From NCBI GenBank assembly GCA_040876265.1, contig JBBDPN010000001.1:374208-438207 (forward strand): a stretch of 64,000 nucleotides of DNA, given 5' to 3'. The DNA comes from Candidatus Woykebacteria bacterium (GTDB taxonomy: Bacteria > Patescibacteriota > Microgenomatia > Woykebacterales > RBG-16-39-9b). The translations under genes were made by a program, and so were the position numbers. The notes beneath the pieces are model-generated. The model had not been told where the DNA came from. It worked only from the letters and a program-made list of their open reading frames with translations, and did not search any database. This document shows, piece by piece, positions 1 through 9,978 of the stretch; positions within the stretch are counted from its first letter, which is position 1; each line of letters starts with the position of its first letter.

Positions 1-15
1 AGAAGGAAAGGATAT

Positions 16-762
16 ATGCTTGAACCAACGATCAAAAAAACTACAAATACCTCGGTTGTAATACTGGCAGCGGGGTTTGGTATGAGATTAAAAAACAATA
101 AGCCCAAGGCTTTAGTCGAACTATCAACAAACAAAACTATTTTAGACTATCAGGTCGAAAAAATCTCCAAGTATATTCCAGTTGATAACATATCTGTAGT
201 TGTAGGATATAAAAAGAAGCTGGTCGAAAAGGCCCATCCAGAGCTTAAATTCGTTTACAACGATGCTTACGATAAAACTAATACAGGTAAAAGTCTGCTT
301 GCAGCAGTAAATACACTTAAAGGTGGGCACCTACTTTGGTTAAATGGGGACGTGGTTTTTGATGAAATGATTGTACCAAAAATCTTAGCTACAACAGCCA
401 GTGAAAATTCCTGCGTTCTGGTAGACAACAAACGCTGTGGAGAAGAAGAAGTAAAATACGATTTAGACCGACATGGAAAAATTATACAGCTATCGAAGAC
501 TGTTAAAAATCCCAAGGGCGAGTCGCTAGGGATAAATTTACTTTTACACAAGGACATCCCACTATTCAAAAGGCATTTAGCTCTTATCGGCGACACGGAT
601 TATTTCGAAAAGGCTTTGGAAAATATGATCAGTGAGGGCGCTAGACTTGATCCGGTTTACACCAATGGCCTGTTTTGTGCCGAAATAGATTTTCCTCAAG
701 ATTTGGAGGAAGTACAAAATTACCTCCGGACCCCAAAACGCGAGCCTGCATTAGTAAAATAA
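16..762 (+). CDS. Sugar/alcohol-phosphate nucleotidyltransferase, LicC-like (CTP:phosphocholine cytidylyltransferase family)
   Basis: The N-terminus VVILAAGFGMRL...KPKALVEL matches the NTP_transferase G-loop and the LicC-type TPKALV motif. Length is 248 aa. The stop at 760-762 lies 5 nt before the next gene. Confidence 0.7.
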   Translation: MLEPTIKKTTNTSVVILAAGFGMRLKNNKPKALVELSTNKTILDYQVEKISKYIPVDNISVVVGYKKKLVEKAHPELKFVYNDAYDKTNTGKSLLAAVNTLKGGHLLWLNGDVVFDEMIVPKILATTASENSCVLVDNKRCGEEEVKYDLDRHGKIIQLSKTVKNPKGESLGINLLLHKDIPLFKRHLALIGDTDYFEKALENMISEGARLDPVYTNGLFCAEIDFPQDLEEVQNYLRTPKREPALVK

Positions 763-767
763 CCAAT

Positions 768-1883
768 ATGAAAAAATCTTTCGAGAAAATTCTTGCAATA
801 TTAGATTTCCTAATACCAAAGGACAAGGACCTTGTGGTCTTTGGCGGAAACGAAATGCGTGGTATCAATGGTAATGTAGCAGAGATAATAAAGTCTTGGC
901 CAAAGAAAACCAAAGGCAAGGGCCTTAGAGCGTACGTCTTGAGTGTGTCGGGAGAAGAATTTCCTGGTGTAGAAACTATCGACCCCAGAAATCTGAAAGG
1001 AATTTTCACAATCCTACGAGCTGGGACTGCTGTAGTTTCCCACGTCTATGGAGATCTTTATTGGCATAGTCTTTATAACGGTAACCGTAGAAGAATAATA
1101 AATTTATGGCACGGAACACCCTTAAAGCGTATCGGCCCCTGGAGAGGCTGGGGGAAAACTACTGCTATGATTGCTGCTTCAAAGATTGAGCGTCTCACGT
1201 TAGCAGGATGTTTGGAACAAGTACGCTTGGAACAAATATTTGTAACGGGTTTCCCAAGATCGGACAAACTATTTAATGATTTGCAATCTCTTCGTCAAGA
1301 AACATTAAGAAAATTAGGATTACGGGATGATGGACAAAAATGGCTTCTCTACGCGCCCACATACAGAAAAAGTAGTCGTTTGCCACACTATATACACAGG
1401 ATGCCTGGATTTTCTTACAAATCTCTTTACCGCTTTCTCGAACAACAAAACGCTAAATTACTAGTTCGGCCTCATGTAAATTATGTTTTTACGGATTTTC
1501 CTGAGAACGACAGAATAATATTTGTGCCTTTTACAAAAATAGCAGAGATCGAACCCCTTTTTGCTCTAGCTGATTTATTGATCACCGACTATTCTTCTTC
1601 CATTTTTGAGTATCTAAATTTGAACCGCCCGATAGTAGCTTTTGTCCCGGATTTAGAAGAATATGAAAAAATACCAGGGCTATTGTTTGACTACGAAACG
1701 ATCTTCCCCGGCCTTATTACCAAAACCTGGAAGGACCTCCAAAAATCAATCGTTGAGTCTCTATATTCACCTTCAAAATACACATCCTTGAGGGAGGATC
1801 GGAAAAAGATGTTTAATGAATTTACAGACGGGAAATCTACAGAGAGGTGCATTGAAATAATTTGCGATATGTCGCTAAAGTGA
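768..1883 (+). CDS. CDP-glycerol (or CDP-alcohol) glycerophosphotransferase, TagB/TagF family
   Basis: The track ORF 675-1883 overlaps the upstream gene. The in-frame ATG at 768 (MKKSFEK) removes the overlap. The LWHGTPLKRIG and YAPTYR motifs are typical of TagF-family CDP-glycerol:poly(glycerophosphate) transferases. Confidence 0.7.
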   Translation: MKKSFEKILAILDFLIPKDKDLVVFGGNEMRGINGNVAEIIKSWPKKTKGKGLRAYVLSVSGEEFPGVETIDPRNLKGIFTILRAGTAVVSHVYGDLYWHSLYNGNRRRIINLWHGTPLKRIGPWRGWGKTTAMIAASKIERLTLAGCLEQVRLEQIFVTGFPRSDKLFNDLQSLRQETLRKLGLRDDGQKWLLYAPTYRKSSRLPHYIHRMPGFSYKSLYRFLEQQNAKLLVRPHVNYVFTDFPENDRIIFVPFTKIAEIEPLFALADLLITDYSSSIFEYLNLNRPIVAFVPDLEEYEKIPGLLFDYETIFPGLITKTWKDLQKSIVESLYSPSKYTSLREDRKKMFNEFTDGKSTERCIEIICDMSLK

Positions 1884-3005
1884 CTTATAAATGCCCAAAG
1901 TAGCCTCGGCCATTTGGCGCCAAGAGTATTTTTTTGACTGGTCAAATCCTTTGCGGACAAAATCACTACTGAGTTTTGAGTTATTAGTTAGGAGTGAAAT
2001 GTTTTTGGCAATATCTTCAGACTTTTTTGGGTTAAAATAAACTGCGGCATCGCCATAAACCTCTTTGAATACAGCTATATCTGAGGCCAGTACTGGACAA
2101 CCCGCCGCCATAGCTTCAAGCCCTGGCAAGCCGAAACCTTCAGATAGTGACGGAAAAACGAAAGCCTGAGCGTTTTTGTAAAGTACTGGTAGCTCTTCGT
2201 TTGGTACAAAGCCGGTGGTAATTATTCTATCCTCTATCCCAACTGCCTTCGCTATCTTTAATACTCGCTCCAGAAAAATATTTCGCTCGCCAACCAAAAC
2301 CAACCGATACTTTTTTTCCAGATAACCCATCGCCTGCACAAGAGTGTCCAAATTTTTATGAGGATGGGTACTGCCAACATAAAGAATAAATGGGGTTTTT
2401 ATACCGTATTTGGCTAGTATATGCTTTACTTTGCCGGCAGGGATTTTTCCGCTTGTTTCTTTGAGAGGGTATTCATCTACACCCTCATAAATTACAGTCG
2501 TTTTGCCTTTGGCAGTTGAGAAATTTTCGAGCAGTTTCTTTTTTACAAAGAGGCTCGGAACAATTACTTTCTTAGCCTTTCTTATCGTTTGGCCTAAGGT
2601 TATACGATAACCGGCTCTTTTTAGAAAATAAATTGGCAGCAGCCTAGTCGTACTTTTCTGTCCGGTAAATTCTTTGGGGGTGAGGTCGTGGATAGTAACA
2701 ACGAACTTACCGGAGTAAAGTAGCGGTACGTTAAAATGGGTAAAGTGCACTAGATCTGGCTTTATTTTCATTAAAACGGCTGGGATAATAGTCTGTTCTT
2801 TCAGACTGTAAAATGGAGCATCGACCATTACTTTTTCAAAGTTACGAGTCTTTACGTCAAATAAATACCAGTTATTTTTTCTTAAGAGTATGTAGTATTT
2901 GTTATCTCGATCAATTTTTTGCAAATTTTCAATCAAATTTTCGGTGTATTTGCCTATTCCTGTCCCTCCCGGACCGTAAAGCCTACTATCGATTACAATT
3001 TTCAT
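1875..3005 (-). CDS. Glycosyltransferase family 4 (GT-B, retaining)
   Basis: The C-terminal EGFGLPGLEAMAAGCPVLASD is the E-x7-E motif of GT4 enzymes. Length is 376 aa. Confidence 0.8.
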   Translation of the reverse strand: MKIVIDSRLYGPGGTGIGKYTENLIENLQKIDRDNKYYILLRKNNWYLFDVKTRNFEKVMVDAPFYSLKEQTIIPAVLMKIKPDLVHFTHFNVPLLYSGKFVVTIHDLTPKEFTGQKSTTRLLPIYFLKRAGYRITLGQTIRKAKKVIVPSLFVKKKLLENFSTAKGKTTVIYEGVDEYPLKETSGKIPAGKVKHILAKYGIKTPFILYVGSTHPHKNLDTLVQAMGYLEKKYRLVLVGERNIFLERVLKIAKAVGIEDRIITTGFVPNEELPVLYKNAQAFVFPSLSEGFGLPGLEAMAAGCPVLASDIAVFKEVYGDAAVYFNPKKSEDIAKNISLLTNNSKLSSDFVRKGFDQSKKYSWRQMAEATLGIYKSL

Positions 3006-3045
3006 GAGTCGCCCCTGTGACGGATGAAAACAAGTCTACTTATTT

Positions 3046-4272
3046 TCATTTTTCCCTTTTAATGATATTGATTATCTTCTCCAACTCCTGTGCCTGTTTT
3101 TTTCTGTTAAACGTTTTTTCTACTAGTCTTCGCCCTCTTTTCCCCATACCATCTCTCTCCTCCTGTGATAATTTCGACATCTTGATTAGTGCGCTGGCCA
3201 AGGCTTTTGGATCTTCCGGAGGCACCCAAATCCCTAAGTTGTTTTCTTCAATCAATTTTTTCATGGCCAAACCCCCACTGACCAGGACTGGTTTACTGGC
3301 GGCCATGTAATCAAATGCTTTCACAGGATAGGCGGCATCCAAATACTCGTTTTTTTTAAGAATCGTTAGCCCCAAGTTTGAAGCTTTGATATATTCAACA
3401 ACGTTCTTGTAAGGTTGGATTGGTTTGAGCAATACGTTCTTTGAATTACCCTCTTCCTTTACTTCTTCAAGTAGGTGCCTATCTGCACCATCGCCAATTA
3501 TCAAAAATTTTATTGAGTCTTCTTTTTGCAGAAGTTTAATTGCTTCAACCAAAGTCCGTACACCTTGTTGCAATCCTAGAGTACCTGCATAAACAGTAAC
3601 AAATTTATTAACTAAGTTTCTTTCCCGCGTTCTTACTTTAACCTGGTCAAAAATTTGCAAATCCACACCATTGGTTATAATTTTTACTTTGTTTGGGTTC
3701 AACTTTTTGTCGTAGCGAAGTATTAAATTTTTTGTGTCTTCTGTCACGGTGATAATATATTTCGACCGATCATAAATTCTTTTCTCGAAAAATATGTTTA
3801 AGTTTAGTAGTAATCTGTTCCGCAAATAGCCTAAAGCCTTAGCAGCACCCGGCCACACATCACGCACTTCAAAAACCAAGGGAGTACCTTTTAAAAGACT
3901 CAGCATCAATCCGGTTAACCCTGATGACGGAGGTGGAGAAGATGCTATTATCACATCCGCTCTGGGAAGAAAAAAACCTACGGCCAAACTTGAAATGGTA
4001 AAAACAAGATAATTAAAAAAGCGGCGCCAGCTACTAGAATAACTGGTAGGAAAAACCAGGGTTCTGTAAATTACTAAACCATCCTGGACTTCTTTCATCC
4101 AAAGTCGGTTTTTGTAACCTTTGTGTATTTTTCCGTCCGAATAATTTGGAATGCCACACAAAATCATCACTTCGTGGCCTAGCTCCTTTAGCAATTTCGC
4201 GTAATAGGAGACTCTTCCTGTTCCGGCACCGGGTTCGGGTGGGAAGTACTGACTTATCAATAAAATATTCAT
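3046..4272 (-). CDS. Glycosyltransferase family 4 (WbuB/WcaI-like)
   Basis: The N-terminus MNILLISQYFPPEPGAGTGRV is the GT4 N-terminal Gly-rich motif. Length is 408 aa. It overlaps the next gene by 4 nt. Confidence 0.8.
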   Translation of the reverse strand: MNILLISQYFPPEPGAGTGRVSYYAKLLKELGHEVMILCGIPNYSDGKIHKGYKNRLWMKEVQDGLVIYRTLVFPTSYSSSWRRFFNYLVFTISSLAVGFFLPRADVIIASSPPPSSGLTGLMLSLLKGTPLVFEVRDVWPGAAKALGYLRNRLLLNLNIFFEKRIYDRSKYIITVTEDTKNLILRYDKKLNPNKVKIITNGVDLQIFDQVKVRTRERNLVNKFVTVYAGTLGLQQGVRTLVEAIKLLQKEDSIKFLIIGDGADRHLLEEVKEEGNSKNVLLKPIQPYKNVVEYIKASNLGLTILKKNEYLDAAYPVKAFDYMAASKPVLVSGGLAMKKLIEENNLGIWVPPEDPKALASALIKMSKLSQEERDGMGKRGRRLVEKTFNRKKQAQELEKIINIIKREK

Positions 4273-5324
4273 CGATATTTAACTAATTTTTTGTAAACCT
4301 GGTTCATTTTATCAGCGTTAGACTCCCATTCAAACTCCTCCTCAACAAATCTCGGACCTTCCACAGCCAGTTTTTTTCTAAGAGCGCTGTCTTCGTATAA
4401 AAGTTGTAGTTTTTGGGCCAGATCAGCAACGCTGTTTGGTTTGAAAAAAACTCCCGTCCTGCTTTCCTTTACAGTTTCAACTAGACCTCCTATTCTGGAT
4501 GCAATTACTGGTATGCCACTTGCCGATGCTTCCAATGCCGCCACGCCAAATGATTCTGATGATGATGGGATGACAAAAATATCTATGGTTCTTAAAAATT
4601 TGGCTACGTCCTCTTGACCAAGAGGCCCAAGAAATTTAACCTTCTCTTCCAGATTTAATCCGACAACCAAGTTTCTTAGATGTTTGAGTTGGCTCCCCTT
4701 GCCAACAATATATAGTCGAGCAGCGGGATTTATAGACTGGAAGGTTGAGAAAGCTTTAACTAGGAACTCCAATCCATATTTAGACTCTAAGGCTCTAACA
4801 GTTCCGATTATTAATCCCTGATTCTCTTTTTTTATTGGGTGGAATAATTTTGTATCAATCCCAAAAGGAACAACTAGGACAGACTTTCCAGTTACGTGTT
4901 TCCTTGTTTCGCGAGCCATAACCTCACTCGTAGAAGTTATTACCTCGGCGTTATTCAAAGCATATTTTAAAATGAGCTTATTTAACGGGTTTGCCCTAGG
5001 AAAATCAAAGACATCAGATCCCCAAACAGAAATTACATAAGGGTGAAACCTGGACAAAGCGCCTAAAAAACCGTAGCTCGATGCGTAATGCGCATGTAAC
5101 AAATCGGGATTAATTTCCTTTATTAACTTCTTGACTTTGTTCAAAACTAAAAAATATCCAGTCTTAAAAGGTAACTTGGGCGGTGCAAGGTCGATTACTT
5201 CGATATTTTCAATCGCAACGGGTTCTAAACTAAGAAGGTAAACCTTATTGCCTCTTTTTTGTAAAAATTGGGCCCATTTTATTGTATGGGTACTTGGACC
5301 CTTCGCCAGCAAAGCAATCTTCAT
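4269..5324 (-). CDS. Glycosyltransferase family 4
   Basis: GT-B fold with the EASASGIPVIAS E-x7-E region. Length is 351 aa. The gene is translationally coupled to its neighbours. Confidence 0.75.
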   Translation of the reverse strand: MKIALLAKGPSTHTIKWAQFLQKRGNKVYLLSLEPVAIENIEVIDLAPPKLPFKTGYFLVLNKVKKLIKEINPDLLHAHYASSYGFLGALSRFHPYVISVWGSDVFDFPRANPLNKLILKYALNNAEVITSTSEVMARETRKHVTGKSVLVVPFGIDTKLFHPIKKENQGLIIGTVRALESKYGLEFLVKAFSTFQSINPAARLYIVGKGSQLKHLRNLVVGLNLEEKVKFLGPLGQEDVAKFLRTIDIFVIPSSSESFGVAALEASASGIPVIASRIGGLVETVKESRTGVFFKPNSVADLAQKLQLLYEDSALRKKLAVEGPRFVEEEFEWESNADKMNQVYKKLVKYR

Positions 5325-6706
5325 CGACCACCCTTTCCCAAGTCCTTGGTTGCAAGCAAATAGAAACCAATACTTAAAAACACTAGGAAATAAAAACTTC
5401 TGAAACTAGTCCCTAAAAGGAAACTAGTTTCAAAGAACTGATAAGCTAATACCGAAGCTAATATTGAAAGGATTAACCACTCCTGGGCAGTTAGATTTTT
5501 AAATTTTTTAATAGCTAGAATAAATAAATTAGCTACGATAGTAACGTAAATACCCAACCCAACAACGCCAGATTCCACCAAAATTCTTAGGTAAGTGTTG
5601 TGGGGTGTCAATCCCCGGTAACGGGCGTACAGATCTGGTATGTATGATCTGATAGCCTCAACAGAGCTCCCGAAACCAGCTCCGAAAATGGGATTTTGCT
5701 TTATGTAATCGACCGAGGCCGTCCATATTACTATTCGGTTACTAGTCCCACGCTTGCTTATTTTCTTTGGTTCAAATATCTCTTCTTCACCGAGGTCTTT
5801 TAGATCCAACTTATCCCCTTGGCTTGTCGTTATCCTCTGTGAAAACGGGGCTGGGGTTCCCGACGAAACTCTCAAACCCCAATCATTGAAAATGAATAAT
5901 AGGAAGCTGGCAACAAAAATTACCGCTACAACAAGTATAAAGTAAATCTTTCTCTTCAGAGCTGGCCCACTGACCAGAAGTGTAAACGCACCAACAGCTA
6001 AAAGAGCGGATCTGGAGAGGGTAAAGAAAACAAACGGGGTGTAAAGGATAAGCAAAAAGTAAAGAAATATTCTGAAATTTTTCCTTTTTTCCAGAAACAG
6101 CAGCGTTATAGTGGTAGCAATTGAGAAGAAAAGGATAATTCCAAAGGTATTTGGGTGTTTATAATAGGAAGATAAAAACGGAACATTAAAAATAGTTAAA
6201 GTCTCGGTCAGGTTTATGTTTACTAAAGCTATAGTTGAAACTAGCTGGGTATTAATGACCTGGATAATTAACCTTACTGAAGAGTAAATAACCGCAGGTA
6301 AACTAACCAGGGATATAACGTAAAGACTTTTTTTGAACAGCTGCGGGCTGTATAGTTCCTTGACCATGATGAAACCCACCAGAAACACCACAAATCCACC
6401 CAAAACATAAAGTAGCGTTGTCGTTTTATCCACCGCAAAAAATACTGTCACCAATCCCCAAAGAAGGTAAAGAGTTATATAAATATTCGGAAATTTGGAA
6501 AACTTTTTAAATAAAAACTTAATTGATTTACCTTTTTGCTCTCGAATATACAAAAAAGCAATTACAAGAAGGAAGGAAACTAAAATAACATTTCTTGTGC
6601 TGCTGCCTAGAGAAAAAAATTTATTATCCACCAAACCTATTACAAATAGAAAAGCTAACAAAAGATTTCGTGGGTTTGTAATAATCTCTAGATTCTTCTT
6701 AAGCAT
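5321..6706 (-). CDS. O-antigen ligase/polymerase (Wzy)-like polytopic membrane protein
   Basis: The 461-aa protein has at least 10 hydrophobic helices and a central loop, which is Wzy_C-like topology. It lies between glycosyltransferases. Confidence 0.5.
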   Translation of the reverse strand: MLKKNLEIITNPRNLLLAFLFVIGLVDNKFFSLGSSTRNVILVSFLLVIAFLYIREQKGKSIKFLFKKFSKFPNIYITLYLLWGLVTVFFAVDKTTTLLYVLGGFVVFLVGFIMVKELYSPQLFKKSLYVISLVSLPAVIYSSVRLIIQVINTQLVSTIALVNINLTETLTIFNVPFLSSYYKHPNTFGIILFFSIATTITLLFLEKRKNFRIFLYFLLILYTPFVFFTLSRSALLAVGAFTLLVSGPALKRKIYFILVVAVIFVASFLLFIFNDWGLRVSSGTPAPFSQRITTSQGDKLDLKDLGEEEIFEPKKISKRGTSNRIVIWTASVDYIKQNPIFGAGFGSSVEAIRSYIPDLYARYRGLTPHNTYLRILVESGVVGLGIYVTIVANLFILAIKKFKNLTAQEWLILSILASVLAYQFFETSFLLGTSFRSFYFLVFLSIGFYLLATKDLGKGGR

Positions 6707-7736
6707 AATTGGTCAACAAATCATGTAAAAACTTTGCTCTTTTTACCCAAGAATATTTTTCTCGTATTGCTTTCAAAGAATTTCGTTGGTACATCTCCCG
6801 CTCTTTTTGGTGGGTCAAAAGAAAAATTATTGCGTCTGCAAGAGACTGAGGCGAGTCCTCACAAACTATTCCCACTTTATCTTTTTCAACAATTTGGACA
6901 ACCTCTGGTAGATCCGTGGAAACAACCGCCTTTCCCAAAGACATGTAAGTAAACAGCTTTAAAGGTAGCGTGATGCGATTGTAATCTGTAGTTGCCAGTG
7001 GTAAAACACCAATACTTACATCTGCGAAAATACTTTTAAGTTTTCTGTGGTTACCTTGAATTAGTTCTACCACCTTATTTTTTTTTACCGACACCATTTC
7101 GCTTTTTCTAACCACAATCTTGCACCTAACATCTGGAACCGCCTCACGTGCTTTTTCTACTGCTTCCACAAGTAGGTTTGCCCCATACCTATCGCTGGCA
7201 CCACCAACATACCCTAATATATTACTACTCTTAGGTTTTACATCATTAAAAATTTCGCCCGCTGATGGTAGTATAGCGATTTTTTCTGAAGGTAAGCCAA
7301 AAATACCTGCAAAAGACTTGTTAGGAAGTACTAACTTTGTTGATGATAATTTGTAAACGAAAAACGATATCCCCCATCCAAAATTAAGAACTCTTTGTTT
7401 TAAAGTCGTAGCTGGAAATTCTTCTGGGAAAAGAGGATAAGCATCCCTTATAAATACAAAAACTTTTTTACCAAAAAACTTTGCTTTTAACAAAAAAATA
7501 AGCTCCAGCGGGCTGCCAACTGTAGTACTACTTTCAACGTAAATATATTTATTTTGAAAAAACTTACCTCGTAAAACCCAAGAAAGCAGTTTCCAGCTAC
7601 GCTCTAACCTAGTTCCCTCTATTAGATCAGCCTCTTCTAGTTTGTCCAGTTCTTTATGTAAAAAATACGAGCGTACCTTGGGTGCGCTATCCAAGGTGTC
7701 TAGTGGGTACATAGAAAGGAACAAAATCCGGCTCAT
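6699..7736 (-). CDS. Glycosyltransferase family 4
   Basis: GT-B C-terminal domain. Length is 345 aa. It sits in the polysaccharide operon. Confidence 0.7.
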   Translation of the reverse strand: MSRILFLSMYPLDTLDSAPKVRSYFLHKELDKLEEADLIEGTRLERSWKLLSWVLRGKFFQNKYIYVESSTTVGSPLELIFLLKAKFFGKKVFVFIRDAYPLFPEEFPATTLKQRVLNFGWGISFFVYKLSSTKLVLPNKSFAGIFGLPSEKIAILPSAGEIFNDVKPKSSNILGYVGGASDRYGANLLVEAVEKAREAVPDVRCKIVVRKSEMVSVKKNKVVELIQGNHRKLKSIFADVSIGVLPLATTDYNRITLPLKLFTYMSLGKAVVSTDLPEVVQIVEKDKVGIVCEDSPQSLADAIIFLLTHQKEREMYQRNSLKAIREKYSWVKRAKFLHDLLTNYA

Positions 7737-8818
7737 TTTACTTGCTTTTCCAATATCTGAGCAATTTTTGATGCAGAATTTCCACTGCCAAATATATTGT
7801 GTTGTTTTTTTGTTGGAGAGAAATTTTTGATTGCATGAAGAATTTTTTCTTTATCTGGACCAACCAGCGTATTCCACCCATCCCTCACTGTTTCCACCCA
7901 TTCTGTTTCGTTTCTTAGGGTAATACATGAAACTTTTAACATGTAAGCTTCTTTTTGGACACCACCAGAATCTGTCAAAATCTTCTTCGCGTTTAATTGT
8001 AGCTGAATGCTATCCAAGTAACCAATAGGTTCGATAAGCTTTACATTTGATGGAATATCTATCTTAAATTGTTTTATCATTTTTCTAGTTCTTGGGTGAG
8101 CTGGAAGAACAATAGTTTCTTTGCTTTCCCCAAAAGCCTCAAATATACCCTCCAGCCTTTCTTTTTCGTCAGTGTTTTCTGCTCTGTGTATGGTGGAAAA
8201 GAGATAAGTTTTGGGTTTTAAGTTCGCCCCGATTGAATCGGGGTTCATAGTTTTTAGTATTTTCGATTTGCGAGCCGCAACTTCGCGATTTGCAAGCAGA
8301 GCGTCGTACATTACGTCACCTACATTGTAAACACCGGTTGTTACTCCTTCCTTTTTGAGGTTTTTCACAGCGGTTTCTGAGGGGCAAAAAAGTAAATCCG
8401 ACAAATGATCAGCGATTACCCTGTTGATTTCTTCCGGCATCGCTCTGTTGAAACTGCGAAGTCCCGCTTCCACATGGGCCACGGAGATATGGAGTTTGGC
8501 GCCAGCCAAGGCTCCGGCAGCAGTGGAGTTCGTATCACCGTAAACCAAAACCAGATCCGGTGCCTCTTCGATTAAAACCTTTTCAATCTCTATCAGCATC
8601 TTCCCGGTCTGCTCACCGTGACCACCGGAACCAACACCAAGATTATAATCCGGCTCAGGAATAGAAAGCTCCTCAAAAAAAATAGGCGACATGTTCTGAT
8701 CATAATGCTGACCAGTATGAACCAACACTTCCTTAAACTTTTTCCTAACTTCCTTGGATACCGGTGCAGCTTTTATAAACTGGGGTCTCGCCCCAACTAT
8801 TGACACAATTTTTTTCAT
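7733..8818 (-). CDS. wecB: UDP-N-acetylglucosamine 2-epimerase (non-hydrolysing), WecB/WbpI-type
   Basis: The N-terminus MKKIVSIVGARPQFIKAAPV...HTGQHYD is diagnostic of UDP-GlcNAc 2-epimerase. Length is 361 aa. Confidence 0.85.
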   Translation of the reverse strand: MKKIVSIVGARPQFIKAAPVSKEVRKKFKEVLVHTGQHYDQNMSPIFFEELSIPEPDYNLGVGSGGHGEQTGKMLIEIEKVLIEEAPDLVLVYGDTNSTAAGALAGAKLHISVAHVEAGLRSFNRAMPEEINRVIADHLSDLLFCPSETAVKNLKKEGVTTGVYNVGDVMYDALLANREVAARKSKILKTMNPDSIGANLKPKTYLFSTIHRAENTDEKERLEGIFEAFGESKETIVLPAHPRTRKMIKQFKIDIPSNVKLIEPIGYLDSIQLQLNAKKILTDSGGVQKEAYMLKVSCITLRNETEWVETVRDGWNTLVGPDKEKILHAIKNFSPTKKQHNIFGSGNSASKIAQILEKQVK

Positions 8819-9978
8819 AAGGCTAATTTTTTATAAGCGGCTAAAAGTTTCTTTTCCTCATTCTCCCAATTATACTTGGTTTTGAAAATTCCTCTTGCAT
8901 TTTCTTTCATCTCCCAAAGTTTCTTCTCATCCGAAATAATTTCGTTTATTTTCGCAGCAATATCTTTCGGGTTGGTTTCATCAAACACTAAACCGATTTT
9001 GTTATCTACGACTATTTTTCGCAGCTGCGGGAAATCACTGGCTACTACAGCTATTCCAGAAGCTATGTAATCAAAAAGCTTATTTGGTGTACTGTAGTAA
9101 TTGTTTAGACAAATATTTTGGTAGGGAATTACGCCTAAATCGGCGTCTGATATGAATTCAAGAACCTTTTTAGGATCAACTAGGGGTAGAAATCTCACTT
9201 TGTCTTTTAAATTCCCAGTTTTTACCCTCTCCTCCAACTCCTTTTTTACTTGCCCTTCTCCCATAAGGACTAATACGAGATCTCCTTTTACGTATTTTAC
9301 AGACTCAACCAACTTATCTAGACCCCTAATGGAAGTCATGTAACCTTGGTACAAAATTATTTTTGTTTCCTGCCTTAGTTGCAACAAATCACGAAGTTTC
9401 CCCTCCCCACGAGAATCAACAACTGACTTTGGTTGACAATTCATAACCACTGTGACTTTATTCAGTTTATAACGATTCTTGAGTTCGGTAGCTATCGAAT
9501 CGTTAACAGTGATCACCCAATCGACTTTTGGAGCAATAGCAGATTCTATAAATCTCAACATAGCTTTGTATAGAGAGGATTTTAAATGTGAGTAGATCGG
9601 CAATCCTTTTTTGAAATATCTTTCTGTGTAAAGCTCATGCGAATCGTACACAAGTTTTGCGTTAGTTTGTTTTGCAGCATAATAAGCGATTTGCAAGGTA
9701 TCCAGATCGTGGGCATGATAAATATCTGCTTTCTCTTCGACAAGCGTCTTAATTACTGGCCGAATTTGGGTGAAAAATTTCCAAAATCGCAAACGCACAT
9801 CATATCTATCCACCGATCGTTTCACTGTTACACCCTTTGTAACTTCAGAGCTGGGTAAGCCACTTTTCTTTGTAGCGTATATGGTGATTTTGAAACCTTT
9901 ATCTACCAAGGTTTGTGCTTCGCGCAGTACCCTCGAATCGTTCGTGAATGGGTTGTTCAACACCATACATACTTTCAT
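8815..9978 (-). CDS. Glycosyltransferase family 4
   Basis: GT-B fold. Length is 387 aa. It overlaps both neighbours by 4 nt. Confidence 0.75.
   Translation of the reverse strand: MKVCMVLNNPFTNDSRVLREAQTLVDKGFKITIYATKKSGLPSSEVTKGVTVKRSVDRYDVRLRFWKFFTQIRPVIKTLVEEKADIYHAHDLDTLQIAYYAAKQTNAKLVYDSHELYTERYFKKGLPIYSHLKSSLYKAMLRFIESAIAPKVDWVITVNDSIATELKNRYKLNKVTVVMNCQPKSVVDSRGEGKLRDLLQLRQETKIILYQGYMTSIRGLDKLVESVKYVKGDLVLVLMGEGQVKKELEERVKTGNLKDKVRFLPLVDPKKVLEFISDADLGVIPYQNICLNNYYSTPNKLFDYIASGIAVVASDFPQLRKIVVDNKIGLVFDETNPKDIAAKINEIISDEKKLWEMKENARGIFKTKYNWENEEKKLLAAYKKLAL

Noticed and set aside
142-596. Numerous 60-130-aa antisense ORFs nested inside confidently assigned genes (e.g. 142-330, 267-596, 8618-8803, 17029-17355, 30182-30508, 50647-50985)
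   Set aside because: They lie wholly antisense to, or frame-shifted within, conserved genes. They have no motifs, no start-codon context and low-complexity composition. I treat them as spurious.
675-1883. Track ORF start at 675 gives a TagF-like protein overlapping the upstream nucleotidyltransferase by 88 nt
   Set aside because: The in-frame ATG at 768 (MKKSFEK) removes the overlap and leaves a normal 5-nt intergenic gap. The upstream 31 residues (MCRNRFSSRFGG...) are low-complexity read-through of the neighbouring gene's 3' end.
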